Source: Candidatus Iainarchaeum sp. (GTDB taxonomy: Archaea > Iainarchaeota > Iainarchaeia > JAGGVJ01). Taken from it: a stretch of 46,175 bases of DNA. The stretch is from positions 1 to 46,175 of the forward strand of contig JAGGVJ010000018.1 of assembly GCA_021158055.1 (NCBI GenBank). Reading direction: 5' to 3'. A program made the translations under genes and the position numbers. The notes below the pieces were generated by a model. It worked only from the letters and a program-made list of their open reading frames with translations, searched no databases and had not been told where the DNA came from. Positions within the stretch are counted from its first letter, which is position 1. The number at the start of each line of letters is the position of its first letter. Of the stretch, positions 1-9,500 are shown piece after piece.

Positions 1-1
1 A

Positions 2-1162
2 GGTACAAACTCAATACACTGTTCAGGAAGTAAAAATTACAACTATATACCTGTAGTGGGCAACACAGGTGTCCTTATAGACTCATCACAGTACCATATT
101 TTTACAGTTATCTGGAATTCACCAGTAAGTTCATGGTATATGGATTATGCAAATCAAGTAACTGGCAATACATCCATACCAACAGTTGATTTACGTCCCG
201 GTTTTTGGATACAGAGTTCTGCTGGCAACCTAGACGTAGACTGGATCCGTGTCCGCAAATACGTTTCTTTAGAACCAACCGCAATCCTGGGTGCGCAGGA
301 GCAGTTTGGCGCCCCGGTTGTAACTGAGATAATCCTTAATTCTGCGTCTTTTGAAGTAGGTGATTCAGTGACCGCAACTGCTACTGCAACTGATCCGGAT
401 AACGATCCGATTATTGAGTTTGATTTTCGTGTTTTGGACGGGCTTGGAAACGAAGTTGCAAATCCCGCACCCCCAAATTCAGGCGCTTACTCATTTGTTG
501 CTGTTGGCGAGCCCGGTTTGTGGCAGGTGAAAGCAAAGGCGAGTGACGGGGAGTACTGGGGGCCTGAATCCACGAAAGAAGTGTTTGTGAATGATTCAGG
601 TCTTGCGACTGCGGGCTTGAGTTTTAGTGACGGCGTTAACTTGAACACTGAGTTGTTTGAGGGAAAAGTGGTTCTTTCAGGCACGCAGACAAACGGGAGT
701 TTCACGACCAGCGCTATTGAGCCGGTGAATTTCAGCAAGTGGGGGGTTGTGACGTTTTCAAAAACCACTCCCGGATTGTCAACACTTACAGTAGACGTTT
801 TAGACGCGTCAGACGATTCGGTTTTAATCGCGAATGTAAAGAGCGGGCAGAACATTTCGCAGTTTGAAGCCAGTGCGGTTAAGCTGAGGGCAAATTTCAC
901 TTCAGGCAGTTCTCCGTCTTTGGATTTGTGGGACGTGAGTTATTATTCCCGGTTCAAAATAACTGTAACCAATTGCTCGGCTCCTTATTCCGGAGACGTC
1001 ACTGCAGAAGCAGTGCGGGTAAGTGATTCAGCTGAATTCGGCCCGTTCACCGGAACATGGGGACAGGTGTTTGTTGAAGTCCCGCCCGGAGTATACAACA
1101 TTCAGGCGTGCATCCCTGCAAACGGAAAATGCAGCTGGAAGTACAACGTGGAACTTGCGTGA
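2..1162 (+). CDS. Surface/extracellular protein, 5'-truncated: DUF2341/lectin-like end followed by a C-terminal Ig-like module shared with the gene at 44728-46173
   Basis: Frame open from base 2. VDWIRVRKYVSLEPT is typical of DUF2341-associated archaeal surface proteins. Beta-rich S/T/V composition; clear paralogy to the right-end ORF. Confidence 0.75.
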   Translation, partial: GTNSIHCSGSKNYNYIPVVGNTGVLIDSSQYHIFTVIWNSPVSSWYMDYANQVTGNTSIPTVDLRPGFWIQSSAGNLDVDWIRVRKYVSLEPTAILGAQEQFGAPVVTEIILNSASFEVGDSVTATATATDPDNDPIIEFDFRVLDGLGNEVANPAPPNSGAYSFVAVGEPGLWQVKAKASDGEYWGPESTKEVFVNDSGLATAGLSFSDGVNLNTELFEGKVVLSGTQTNGSFTTSAIEPVNFSKWGVVTFSKTTPGLSTLTVDVLDASDDSVLIANVKSGQNISQFEASAVKLRANFTSGSSPSLDLWDVSYYSRFKITVTNCSAPYSGDVTAEAVRVSDSAEFGPFTGTWGQVFVEVPPGVYNIQACIPANGKCSWKYNVELA

Positions 1163-1261
1163 TGATTAAAACAAACACTAAAAAACACACAATAAAACAA
1201 CCATGCAAAACTAACAACATACCACATATTACTGTGCAAAACAAAAAAACATCAAACAACG

Positions 1262-1798
1262 GTGAAAAAATTGATTGTAATAACCGGAACACCAGGAACA
1301 GGGAAAACAACTATTGCAAAAGAGCTTGGAAAAACATTAAACAAACCTGTTTTCAGTGAAATTGACCTTATTTCAGGCAAAAAAATCGGTGAAAAAAACA
1401 AAGACAATGAATTTGAAGTTGAGCTTGAGTCACTTGAAAAAGAAATAAACCGACTTTCAGAGGACTGCATTGTTGAAGGTCACATGCTCTGCGAGATAAA
1501 AACACCTGCAAGCATTGTAATTGTATTGAGGTGCGACCCCAAAAAACTTGAAAAACGACTTTTGAAGCGCCACTACAAGACAAGAAAAGTAAACGAAAAC
1601 ATCTGCTGCGAGCTGATTGACTACTGCCTTCAGAAGGCTGAAGAACACTACCCCCACGTTATTTCAGTGAATGCCAGCGGCTCGCCTGAAGAAACTCTTT
1701 CAAAAACCATAAACGCAGTAAAAGGAAAATTCACAGGAGACCTCGTTGACTGGAGCAGCCAAATCGCAGAATTCTCAAAGAAACAAACTCCAAAATGA
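1262..1798 (+). CDS. Adenylate kinase, AK6/Fap7-type NTPase (start may be TTG 1271 after a GGTGA SD)
   Basis: Walker A GTPGTGKTT, IVEGH motif, VLRCDP..LEKRL..R.Y...KV.EN pattern of archaeal AK6. Confidence 0.85.
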   Translation: MKKLIVITGTPGTGKTTIAKELGKTLNKPVFSEIDLISGKKIGEKNKDNEFEVELESLEKEINRLSEDCIVEGHMLCEIKTPASIVIVLRCDPKKLEKRLLKRHYKTRKVNENICCELIDYCLQKAEEHYPHVISVNASGSPEETLSKTINAVKGKFTGDLVDWSSQIAEFSKKQTPK

Positions 1799-1814
1799 AT
1801 ATCTCAAAACAACA

Positions 1815-4800
1815 TCAACCAAAAACCTTTCTTGGAACCCTCTTTCTTTCAACAGGCTTTTCCCCTGTTTTTTTGAAACGAAACCAATAGACTCCAAAAC
1901 ACAGGACCAGCACTGCAAAAAGAATCCACGGGACAACACCAAACTCACCGCTGTTTTTCTTTTCATCAACCAAAACAAGCATGCCTGACCTGACATACCT
2001 TGAAAGAAACGCTGAAGTCGCAAACTTTTTCTCTTCAAAAAGAGCCTTTGAATCCTCGAGCAAAACACGGCTTTCAGCCAGTTGAGCACTTGACTCTGAC
2101 GAAGCCAAAGCCTCTTTTTCACTCAGCTCAACCAAAGCAAGCGAAAGCTCTGACTCACTCGCCTCCCTTGCGTGGTCAATTACAAGAGCCCTTTTTCTGA
2201 GTTCTGAACCAACATTGCTTTCAAGAGCATCAAACCTTGCAAAACAATCTTTCTGGACAACCTCGACAAATGACCCGATTGTATCTTCCCCTTCAACACA
2301 CTCTTTTTCAAGCAATTCAATATCCTGCCTGAACCGGTTGTCTTTGTTTTGCGCTGTTTCCACTGCAGACTCACTCACCAAAAAACCAAACCCTGTGTCA
2401 AGCGCTTTTTCAATCACATCATCTTCAAGTTCCGGTTTTACAAGAACAGACATAACTTCTGTAGCATCGGCTGCTGCCTTAATCTTTTCAAAAAGCGAAT
2501 CAAGGTTTTCAGCAAACGATGCCATTTGTGCCTTTATATCTTTTTCAATGCAGTTTTCTGACTCAATCAAAGAATTCTCTGTTTCAATAAAAAATTTCCT
2601 TGACTGCGGATCATTCAAATAAACCGGCAGGTTTTCAATCAGACTATTCAGGTTTGAAACTGCCGCTACGCTTTCACCGGAAGGGTTTTCAAGCATGTCC
2701 AAAACATTGCGCAGGTTTGAAGCGCTTTCAAACAACGCCTGAAACTCTTCAAACAAATCATTGGTCTGCGACTTGAATTCATCGCTTCCCTCAATAACCT
2801 CAAGCGCGTAACCAAGAACATCTATCGCTTCTGCAATATTACCTGACAAACACATCTTTTGCGAACGTGCAAACTCGTTGTCTGCAAAAAGAAGGTCCTG
2901 CGCAAACTCTTCAGTTATCTCAAAAGACTCAAGGTTCAGGCGGACCTGCAAAAATTTATCTGACAACGCCTCATACTCCAAAGACAATTTCTTTAAATCA
3001 AAAACCTCTTCCCTGCTCTTGTCAATGCCTGTTGAAATAGACTGTGCAGCAACCGCAAACTCTGAAAGGCTCATTTCTGGATAATTTTCCATGAGTTCGC
3101 TTAGTTTCTCTTCAAAGCCCTCAAACAAGGCTTCATTTAAAGGCAGTTCTTTTTCAAGCTCGTTAATTTTTTCCTCAAGCGCTGACAACACGTCTTCCTT
3201 TGCCTGATCTGAGGAATCAAAGCAAAAAGAATACTCTGCCCTTGAAACACCGTGTGACTGAAGGGACTTCAAAACAAAAAACACATTGTTTGAACTGCTT
3301 CCGAAATAATCAAAACCGCTTATGTCTGAAGAAGACTTCAAAGAAGCTTTTTCAACACCTGAATACGGAAGATCAAAATGAATCCTGACGTCCGTCAAAT
3401 CAAACCCGGTATTGTTTATTATCACAATATCTGTTGAAGACTCAACACAACCGCCAGTATCTTCACCCAGCTTCGGCACTGAAAACCGAAGTGAAACAGG
3501 ATCAAGCAGTTCTGCTTTCAATTCCACTGCCTGCTTTCCCTCCCTGATATTTAAGAGCTTTATTTTAGAGTCGCTTGATTCAAAATCAGCTTCAATAAAA
3601 TGGCTCAAGTCAAAAGTTGTATTGACCCACAACTCGTCAAAATTTCCTTGCGCATCCACTTCAAACAACAGTTTAACATCTGCGGATTCGTTTGTTGCTC
3701 TTTCAACCAGGTATTTCTCAGATTCAATAATCGCAGGCACAAAGGAAAACTCCATTGAACACGAATGACTTCCTTGGGCAAGCTCTTCAAAAAACAAATG
3801 TATTTTGCCGTCCAAAAAATAAGTCTTTATCGGTTTTTGTGTGCAGCTCTTCAGCGAACTGTCAGACACCTGGGAATAAGGAATTGGAGAGTCAATTGAC
3901 AACAGAACATTTTCAATTAATCCAAACGGGTTTGAAAAAAACAACACCAGTGTTGACTCAACCACCTCACCGGCAACAGGTTGTGATAAAAAAAGCCACT
4001 TCTTGCGCGTGCCAAAAGAAATCACTTCAGAGGACTTCGCATGCATTGACTTCAAAATTGATTCTATTTCCAAAAGGTCTCTTTCTATCTGTAAAATTTT
4101 CCCAATGGCATTCAAACCAAACCCAGTTGAATCCGATTGAACAAATGACTGTATATCATCCGATAGTTCACGCGCTCTTGAAACCTCTTCAAAAACTGAA
4201 GAATCAACTGCCAAAATCAATTTCCTGAGTTTTTTGTGTTTCTCAAAAACAGGTCTTGAAAACAGTTCAAATTCCACTTCAATCAACTCAGAAAGACGCT
4301 TCGCAAAAGACAGCGATTCCAAAGCTTTCCCTGAAGCAGACTCCAGATCATTGTTCTCAGCACTTGCCTTTGCTTTTTTCAAAGAGGACTTTGCAGAATA
4401 CAACAGCTCAAAAAGAGGCTCCTTTGACCCGCTGTCAATTTCAAGCGCAAGCAAACTGCGTTCCAACCCAGCAAGCAAACGCCCTGCGTTTTCAACTTCG
4501 TACAGGCCGCTTGTTAAAGGGTCAAGAACAATTTTTTTCACGCGCTCAATCTCAAGTGCGGCATTGACCAGCACAGCCACGCGCACACCAAGAGGCTTTG
4601 TGCGGGAACCGTTAACATTTTCTTTTTGAACACGCAGTTCCTTTTCTGCAAACCCGACCAGCCAGCCGGTTGTTTCATCAATGCCCGCGGTCTTTTCAGA
4701 AGACAGCCCTTCAACCAGCCTTTCAAGGTCCTGAACCCTCAATTCATACGCCTGCCTTGCCTTTGATTCTATATTATCCATGCCTGACACGACTTTTTCC

Positions 4801-6101
4801 TGGCTATCTTCCAAAACCATGGCTTTTCGCAATGCAAGACGCAAGTCAATTATGCCTGAGGACAGGTAATTATCCTGCTTGAGCGCGTATGTTTTTTCAG
4901 CTTTTTTCTTTAAGAGTTCTATTTCCGAAATTTTTTCCTCAAAATTTTCCAGCAGTTCTTTTGGAGAGGTAAAAAGAGTGTTTGACGCTTCAAACCAGCC
5001 GTTGTTTTTTCCGAGAAGTTCATTTAAACCGGACAGAACAACATCATTTATTTCGTAGAGGTCTTCTGATTTAAAGCGCGAGTGTGCGTCTTTTATCTCC
5101 AAAACCCTCTTTTCCAAATCCGCCAGACTCTGAGTGCGGTCAGACTCCATGTCTTCAAGAATTCTCAGTGAATCAGCCGTAAACGAAAAAGAAGACTTGA
5201 AAAGACTATCCCCTCTCAAGCCCACTCCTTTTTTCATTGCGCTTCCAAGAAGATAAACTTTCGGCCTTTTTCCTGAAGAGATCATCTCCTCGATTTCTGA
5301 ACGCGACTCTGAAACAACATCAGAATAAAAAGGGACAACCAGGTCAAAAGCCAGTGCCTGTTCATGCAAACCAGACAGTTTTGAAAGCCCTGAAGCACCG
5401 ATGAAAAAATACTCCACCCACAAAAGAGAAGAAAAAGGCTGCTCTTTTTCAAGAGAATTAATCACATCTTTCATTGCCCTTGAATTTCCCACAGCAGAGT
5501 GAAAGTCCTTTAGTGCGCTTATGGATGCCTGCGTTTCATTAAACCTTCTGAAGACCTCTGCCGAATAATTCGGATCATCTGCTCCGGCGCGGTCAAGTTC
5601 TTCCTGAACAGACAAAGCCATTTCAGTCATTCCTTCAACAGAGTCGTCAAAAGAATCAAGGGAATCTGAAACAGTTTCATAAAACTCATAAGCAGACGAA
5701 ATAACCCTGTCGTAGTTTCTTTCATCTGCCTCGCATTCCTCTTCAACTTTGTAAAAGGCTTTTTTTGCTTGCGTCAAAGAAAACCATGTTTCTGCAATTT
5801 TCAAGGCGTTTTTTTCAGCCAGGTTTTTTAGATTATATTTTTCAAAAAGTCTGCTGTCAAAATCAGAAGAAAGAATCGATTTAACTGCCAGCGAATCATC
5901 TTCTTTTTCCAGAGGAATAACCGAAACCCGGTCAATGCCACTTGACAGTACAGTTTTGCATACAAAAGACGCTTCCTTATCTTCAAGCGCATCTTTTTCC
6001 ATTTCATCTCCCCCAGGAAAAGAAATGCACCCGAAAAGCAGCGTCATCGCAAAGAGGAGGACAAGCCCCCTCTTTGTTTTCAAATTCCCTGCCATCCCCA
6101 A
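1815..6101 (-). CDS. 1428-aa membrane-anchored helical/coiled-coil protein with N-terminal lipobox and C-terminal TM helix
   Basis: KTKR + hydrophobic stretch + LLFGC; long E/K/L/S-rich helical segments around a central beta-rich part; C-terminal VVPWILFAVLVLCFGVYWF then a basic tail. Confidence 0.75.
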   Translation of the reverse strand: MGMAGNLKTKRGLVLLFAMTLLFGCISFPGGDEMEKDALEDKEASFVCKTVLSSGIDRVSVIPLEKEDDSLAVKSILSSDFDSRLFEKYNLKNLAEKNALKIAETWFSLTQAKKAFYKVEEECEADERNYDRVISSAYEFYETVSDSLDSFDDSVEGMTEMALSVQEELDRAGADDPNYSAEVFRRFNETQASISALKDFHSAVGNSRAMKDVINSLEKEQPFSSLLWVEYFFIGASGLSKLSGLHEQALAFDLVVPFYSDVVSESRSEIEEMISSGKRPKVYLLGSAMKKGVGLRGDSLFKSSFSFTADSLRILEDMESDRTQSLADLEKRVLEIKDAHSRFKSEDLYEINDVVLSGLNELLGKNNGWFEASNTLFTSPKELLENFEEKISEIELLKKKAEKTYALKQDNYLSSGIIDLRLALRKAMVLEDSQEKVVSGMDNIESKARQAYELRVQDLERLVEGLSSEKTAGIDETTGWLVGFAEKELRVQKENVNGSRTKPLGVRVAVLVNAALEIERVKKIVLDPLTSGLYEVENAGRLLAGLERSLLALEIDSGSKEPLFELLYSAKSSLKKAKASAENNDLESASGKALESLSFAKRLSELIEVEFELFSRPVFEKHKKLRKLILAVDSSVFEEVSRARELSDDIQSFVQSDSTGFGLNAIGKILQIERDLLEIESILKSMHAKSSEVISFGTRKKWLFLSQPVAGEVVESTLVLFFSNPFGLIENVLLSIDSPIPYSQVSDSSLKSCTQKPIKTYFLDGKIHLFFEELAQGSHSCSMEFSFVPAIIESEKYLVERATNESADVKLLFEVDAQGNFDELWVNTTFDLSHFIEADFESSDSKIKLLNIREGKQAVELKAELLDPVSLRFSVPKLGEDTGGCVESSTDIVIINNTGFDLTDVRIHFDLPYSGVEKASLKSSSDISGFDYFGSSSNNVFFVLKSLQSHGVSRAEYSFCFDSSDQAKEDVLSALEEKINELEKELPLNEALFEGFEEKLSELMENYPEMSLSEFAVAAQSISTGIDKSREEVFDLKKLSLEYEALSDKFLQVRLNLESFEITEEFAQDLLFADNEFARSQKMCLSGNIAEAIDVLGYALEVIEGSDEFKSQTNDLFEEFQALFESASNLRNVLDMLENPSGESVAAVSNLNSLIENLPVYLNDPQSRKFFIETENSLIESENCIEKDIKAQMASFAENLDSLFEKIKAAADATEVMSVLVKPELEDDVIEKALDTGFGFLVSESAVETAQNKDNRFRQDIELLEKECVEGEDTIGSFVEVVQKDCFARFDALESNVGSELRKRALVIDHAREASESELSLALVELSEKEALASSESSAQLAESRVLLEDSKALFEEKKFATSAFLSRYVRSGMLVLVDEKKNSGEFGVVPWILFAVLVLCFGVYWFRFKKTGEKPVERKRVPRKVFG

Positions 6102-6108
6102 TTCAAAA

Positions 6109-6168
6109 GTTCACGTGAACAAAATAGTATAAATAGCTTTTCAAACTGTTGCAACTCAAAGTGGTTGC
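6109..6168 (-). promoter_or_regulatory. Archaeal promoter cassette, copy 1 of a ~60-bp direct repeat
   Basis: Minus strand reads GAAAAGCTATTTATA (BRE/TATA-like) upstream of the 1428-aa gene. Perfect palindrome GTTCACGTGAAC at 6109-6120; GCAAC-N8-GTTGC inverted repeat. Confidence 0.65.
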
Positions 6169-6305
6169 AGTATAATGCTGTTAAAATCGTTTGCAAGGTA
6201 TGCTAAAATCGCTGGCAAGCCAGTTAAAAACCATTAACAAACCATGTTAAGGTTATCAGCAAATAACAGATAATAAGTAACAGATAATCAATGATATGCC
6301 TAAAA

Positions 6306-6467
6306 TTAATCCTTATTGAAAACCCCACAGACATCCTTCAAATACGGGTACCGGCCAATCAGCTTTTTTGTTTCTTCCCTCATTTTCTCTTCTGAAATAT
6401 CATCAGCAACAAAATCCAGGCTTAACAAGACATACTCCCTGATTCCTTTTTTATTCCCTGCTTCCAG
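6306..6467 (-). CDS. Putative 53-aa small protein with CTG start
   Basis: GGGGGTGG SD-like, then CTG GAA GCA...; LEAGNKKGIREYVLLSLDFVADDISEEKMREETKKLIGRYPYLKDVCGVFNKD*. Preceded by promoter-repeat copy 2. Confidence 0.5.
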   Translation of the reverse strand: MEAGNKKGIREYVLLSLDFVADDISEEKMREETKKLIGRYPYLKDVCGVFNKD

Positions 6468-6489
6468 AGCACCACCCCCGCTTCAGAAA

Positions 6490-6548
6490 TTCACGTGAGC
6501 AAAATAAAATAAATAGCTTTTCAAACTGTTGCAACTCAAAGAGGTTGC
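6490..6548 (-). promoter_or_regulatory. Promoter cassette, copy 2 of the ~60-bp direct repeat
   Basis: TTCACGTGAGCAAAATAAAATAAATAGCTTTTCAAACTGTTGCAACTCAAAGAGGTTGC is near-identical to 6110-6168. Confidence 0.65.
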
Positions 6549-6556
6549 GTTTTTCC

Positions 6557-9500
6557 TCAGGGAATATGTGACTCCCACATTTCTTTTATGTAATTGGCGT
6601 TGCAGTCGCTGTTTGCCCAAGTCCCAAAATTCTTGAAGTTGTATATGTTTGGAACAGAGCCTGAGTCGTCAAACAAAACATTTTCATGCTCCAGATAATC
6701 TTTTAAGTCGCCCGCGCTTATCTCGTTTTTCCTCCAGTACTTCAACCCCGAACAAAAGCTGTTCATGTTGGGGGAGCAGGTGCCTGTGTTTTCCTGGAAA
6801 GTGTCGACTGCAAGTGGATCATCAGCAAAAGAAATTGATGACTCCTGTTCAAACGCGTTTTTTTCCTGTGCCGCACTGAACGTTAAAACAGAATCGCCGG
6901 CAGCAGCTGGAAACACAACTGTATTCACGGCCACGCCGGTGTTGATATTATGATATTCATCATCATCACCAGAGTCATCACACCACCACGAACTTTCAAA
7001 GTCCCAGGTGCTGCATCCAAAATCCCCTTTATCTATGAACTTATCATCGCCGCATAAGTCATCTGATTCATTTGATATGGCAGAACTACATGTGCTGTTT
7101 TCAGATTTCACCATCGGCGCAAGAAACAAGTTGTAACTGACAGCAAGGTCGCTTTCATCAATCGGATACGTGTGATAGAACAAAAGAATGAAATACTGGT
7201 CCGAACCAAGTTTTTCCCCCAACTTTGCGCTAAGTTTTTCAGTTGAATAAACCTTAAAAACACTGTTGTCTGCATGGGTTGCGCTGCAATAAGATGAAGC
7301 GCCGCAATTGTTTCCCTGGCCGGAGCTTATTGCTTCAAGAGAATCCCCGTCTGAAGTGTACCTCCCAACCAATTTTTCCCCGAAATCGCTTACTTTGGCA
7401 TCCCCCTGCTTCAGATTAAGAATCATGCCTCCAAGCGAATTATCTTCGGAATTATTGTAGACTGCAAAAATCCCGTAAACTGTTTTAGTCTTGTGAGTAA
7501 GCTGCCTTATTTTCCCACACGCTCCAACCATAACTTCCATTGCCGGCTGGTTCAAAACCGCAGAAAATGCCTTGTTTGATTCCTCTGTGTCTTCAATTAT
7601 CATTTCTGCGAAATCACTTAGTTCAACATTGTAATCCAGTTCTTCCTCTTTGGTTGCGCCGGCATCAAGCTCAAACTTCTCAAAAGAAATTGAATCTGTC
7701 CCGTCAGCAAACTTTGCGTTTAAAACTTCAACACTGAAAGAAATATCTGAAACCTTTTCCTCGGAAGTGTTCGTGACTTTGATTGTGGTTCCCGCTTTCA
7801 ATAAACCGTCGTCTTCCCACACTTCCCGTGAATTTTCAAACAAGACCTCAATGCCGCAGGATGACGGCACATCGCTTCCCTGGCAAACAGAAGAGCTGTC
7901 GATATTGCTGTGGTCAAAGGAAATCGGGTTGTCGGTGCCGCCACAGGTAGACCTTTCCTGCTGCTTATCACTTCCTGAATTGGATTCGTTTTTTATGTGC
8001 GTGGTTCCACCGCAAGGCACGCTGTCTTTTGTAATCTCCCGCATTGACTCTTCATTCATCCCGGTAAAAAGAACCAGCTTCTTGCCATTGAAATCATCGC
8101 ATTTCCCGCTTTGGGCAATATCCTCCCATGAATTCAGCGCATAACGGTTCACTCCCTCGCTTCCGCCCTTGAGCCCCCAAAAGCTCCCGACATACTGAGG
8201 ATAGCACTGATTGCATTCAACAAAAGCCGTGCAGCTGAAAAGACACCTGTAATAATATGCACTTCCAGCGCAACCGGAACACGTGGGCGGGTTGCCTGAC
8301 GACACAGTGTGGCAATTGTTACTCTTATACACTTTTTTGCCTGAAGGCAGGTACTTGACAAGCAAACTGTTGAGTTGCGCGTCAGTTTTTTTAGGCCAGT
8401 CGCATGCCGGCTCCGGGGGCGGGCCACAGTTGCTGCACCCTCCGGTACACCCTTTGCTAACTGTCAGACTGGAATGAGCTCTTCCAAGCCTGCAGCATTC
8501 AAGCCTGTTCTGAGAAATGTCAGTTGTCGGAGCATCAAGCTCTTCTGTAGTCAAAACCCTCAAATCTTCAGAGCCGTCAATCATTGAAGGAAAATCAGCC
8601 TTACTGTCCAAAAGAAACAAACTTACCATGTCAAAAAATCCCAGTTGCTTTAAATAACCGTAATCATCCTTCACTAACTTTCCATTGTCACATATCTGCA
8701 GGGCAGTGGCGGAATAACTGCCGGTCCCTGAAACATTCTGGTAAGTGCGCTTTGTAGAACAGGCACCTGTGAAAGCCGAAAAAGACCCGTAAACCCAGTC
8801 AACGCCGCATTTTCCGTTCAGGTAGCGCAGCAGGGAATCCTCGCCCGGGTGGCCGACAACTATCTTGTGGTACCTGCTAAAAGCACTCATTATCGACGAA
8901 TCGCTCCCGAAAATACCTCTTGCAAAAGAAATCGGAACAACCGCTTTCCTGAAATCATCCCATTCAGAGGAAGGGGTGACGCACTTTTTGAAAGAATCAT
9001 CCGCAAAATCAGAAAACAATGAAATGCTGTTTCCCGAGCCGTTATCTGCCTGCCTGTCATCAAAAAGAACAACGGTGTTGAAAGCCTTCATTTCACCTGA
9101 ATCAGCGGAAATATCCCCGACAAGAGGCCCCACCGTTGCAAGCGGCTCGTCGCAAATCTGCGAAGGTTTAAAAGGAGACTCGTTAAATTTCGGGATAAAA
9201 ACATTGTCTTTTGCATAGACAAGCGCATTGTCAGTGATTGCCGCAACCACAATCCACATGTTGGCCCCTACTTTTGCAGGATAAACAGCATATGACTCCC
9301 CGATAAATGCGTTCCCACCATAACCGATGAAAACCGACTTTTCAGAACCCGGGCCGTTCACGCAATAAAACACAGGGTTGCCTGAAGCCGGGTCGTTTAC
9401 TGCGGCAAGCAGGTTCACTGACTCAGGGTCCTGCGGATTGCCTGACGCAGACGAATCCTGCTGCGCGCTCCAAACCAGCACAATATTGTAATTATCCCTG

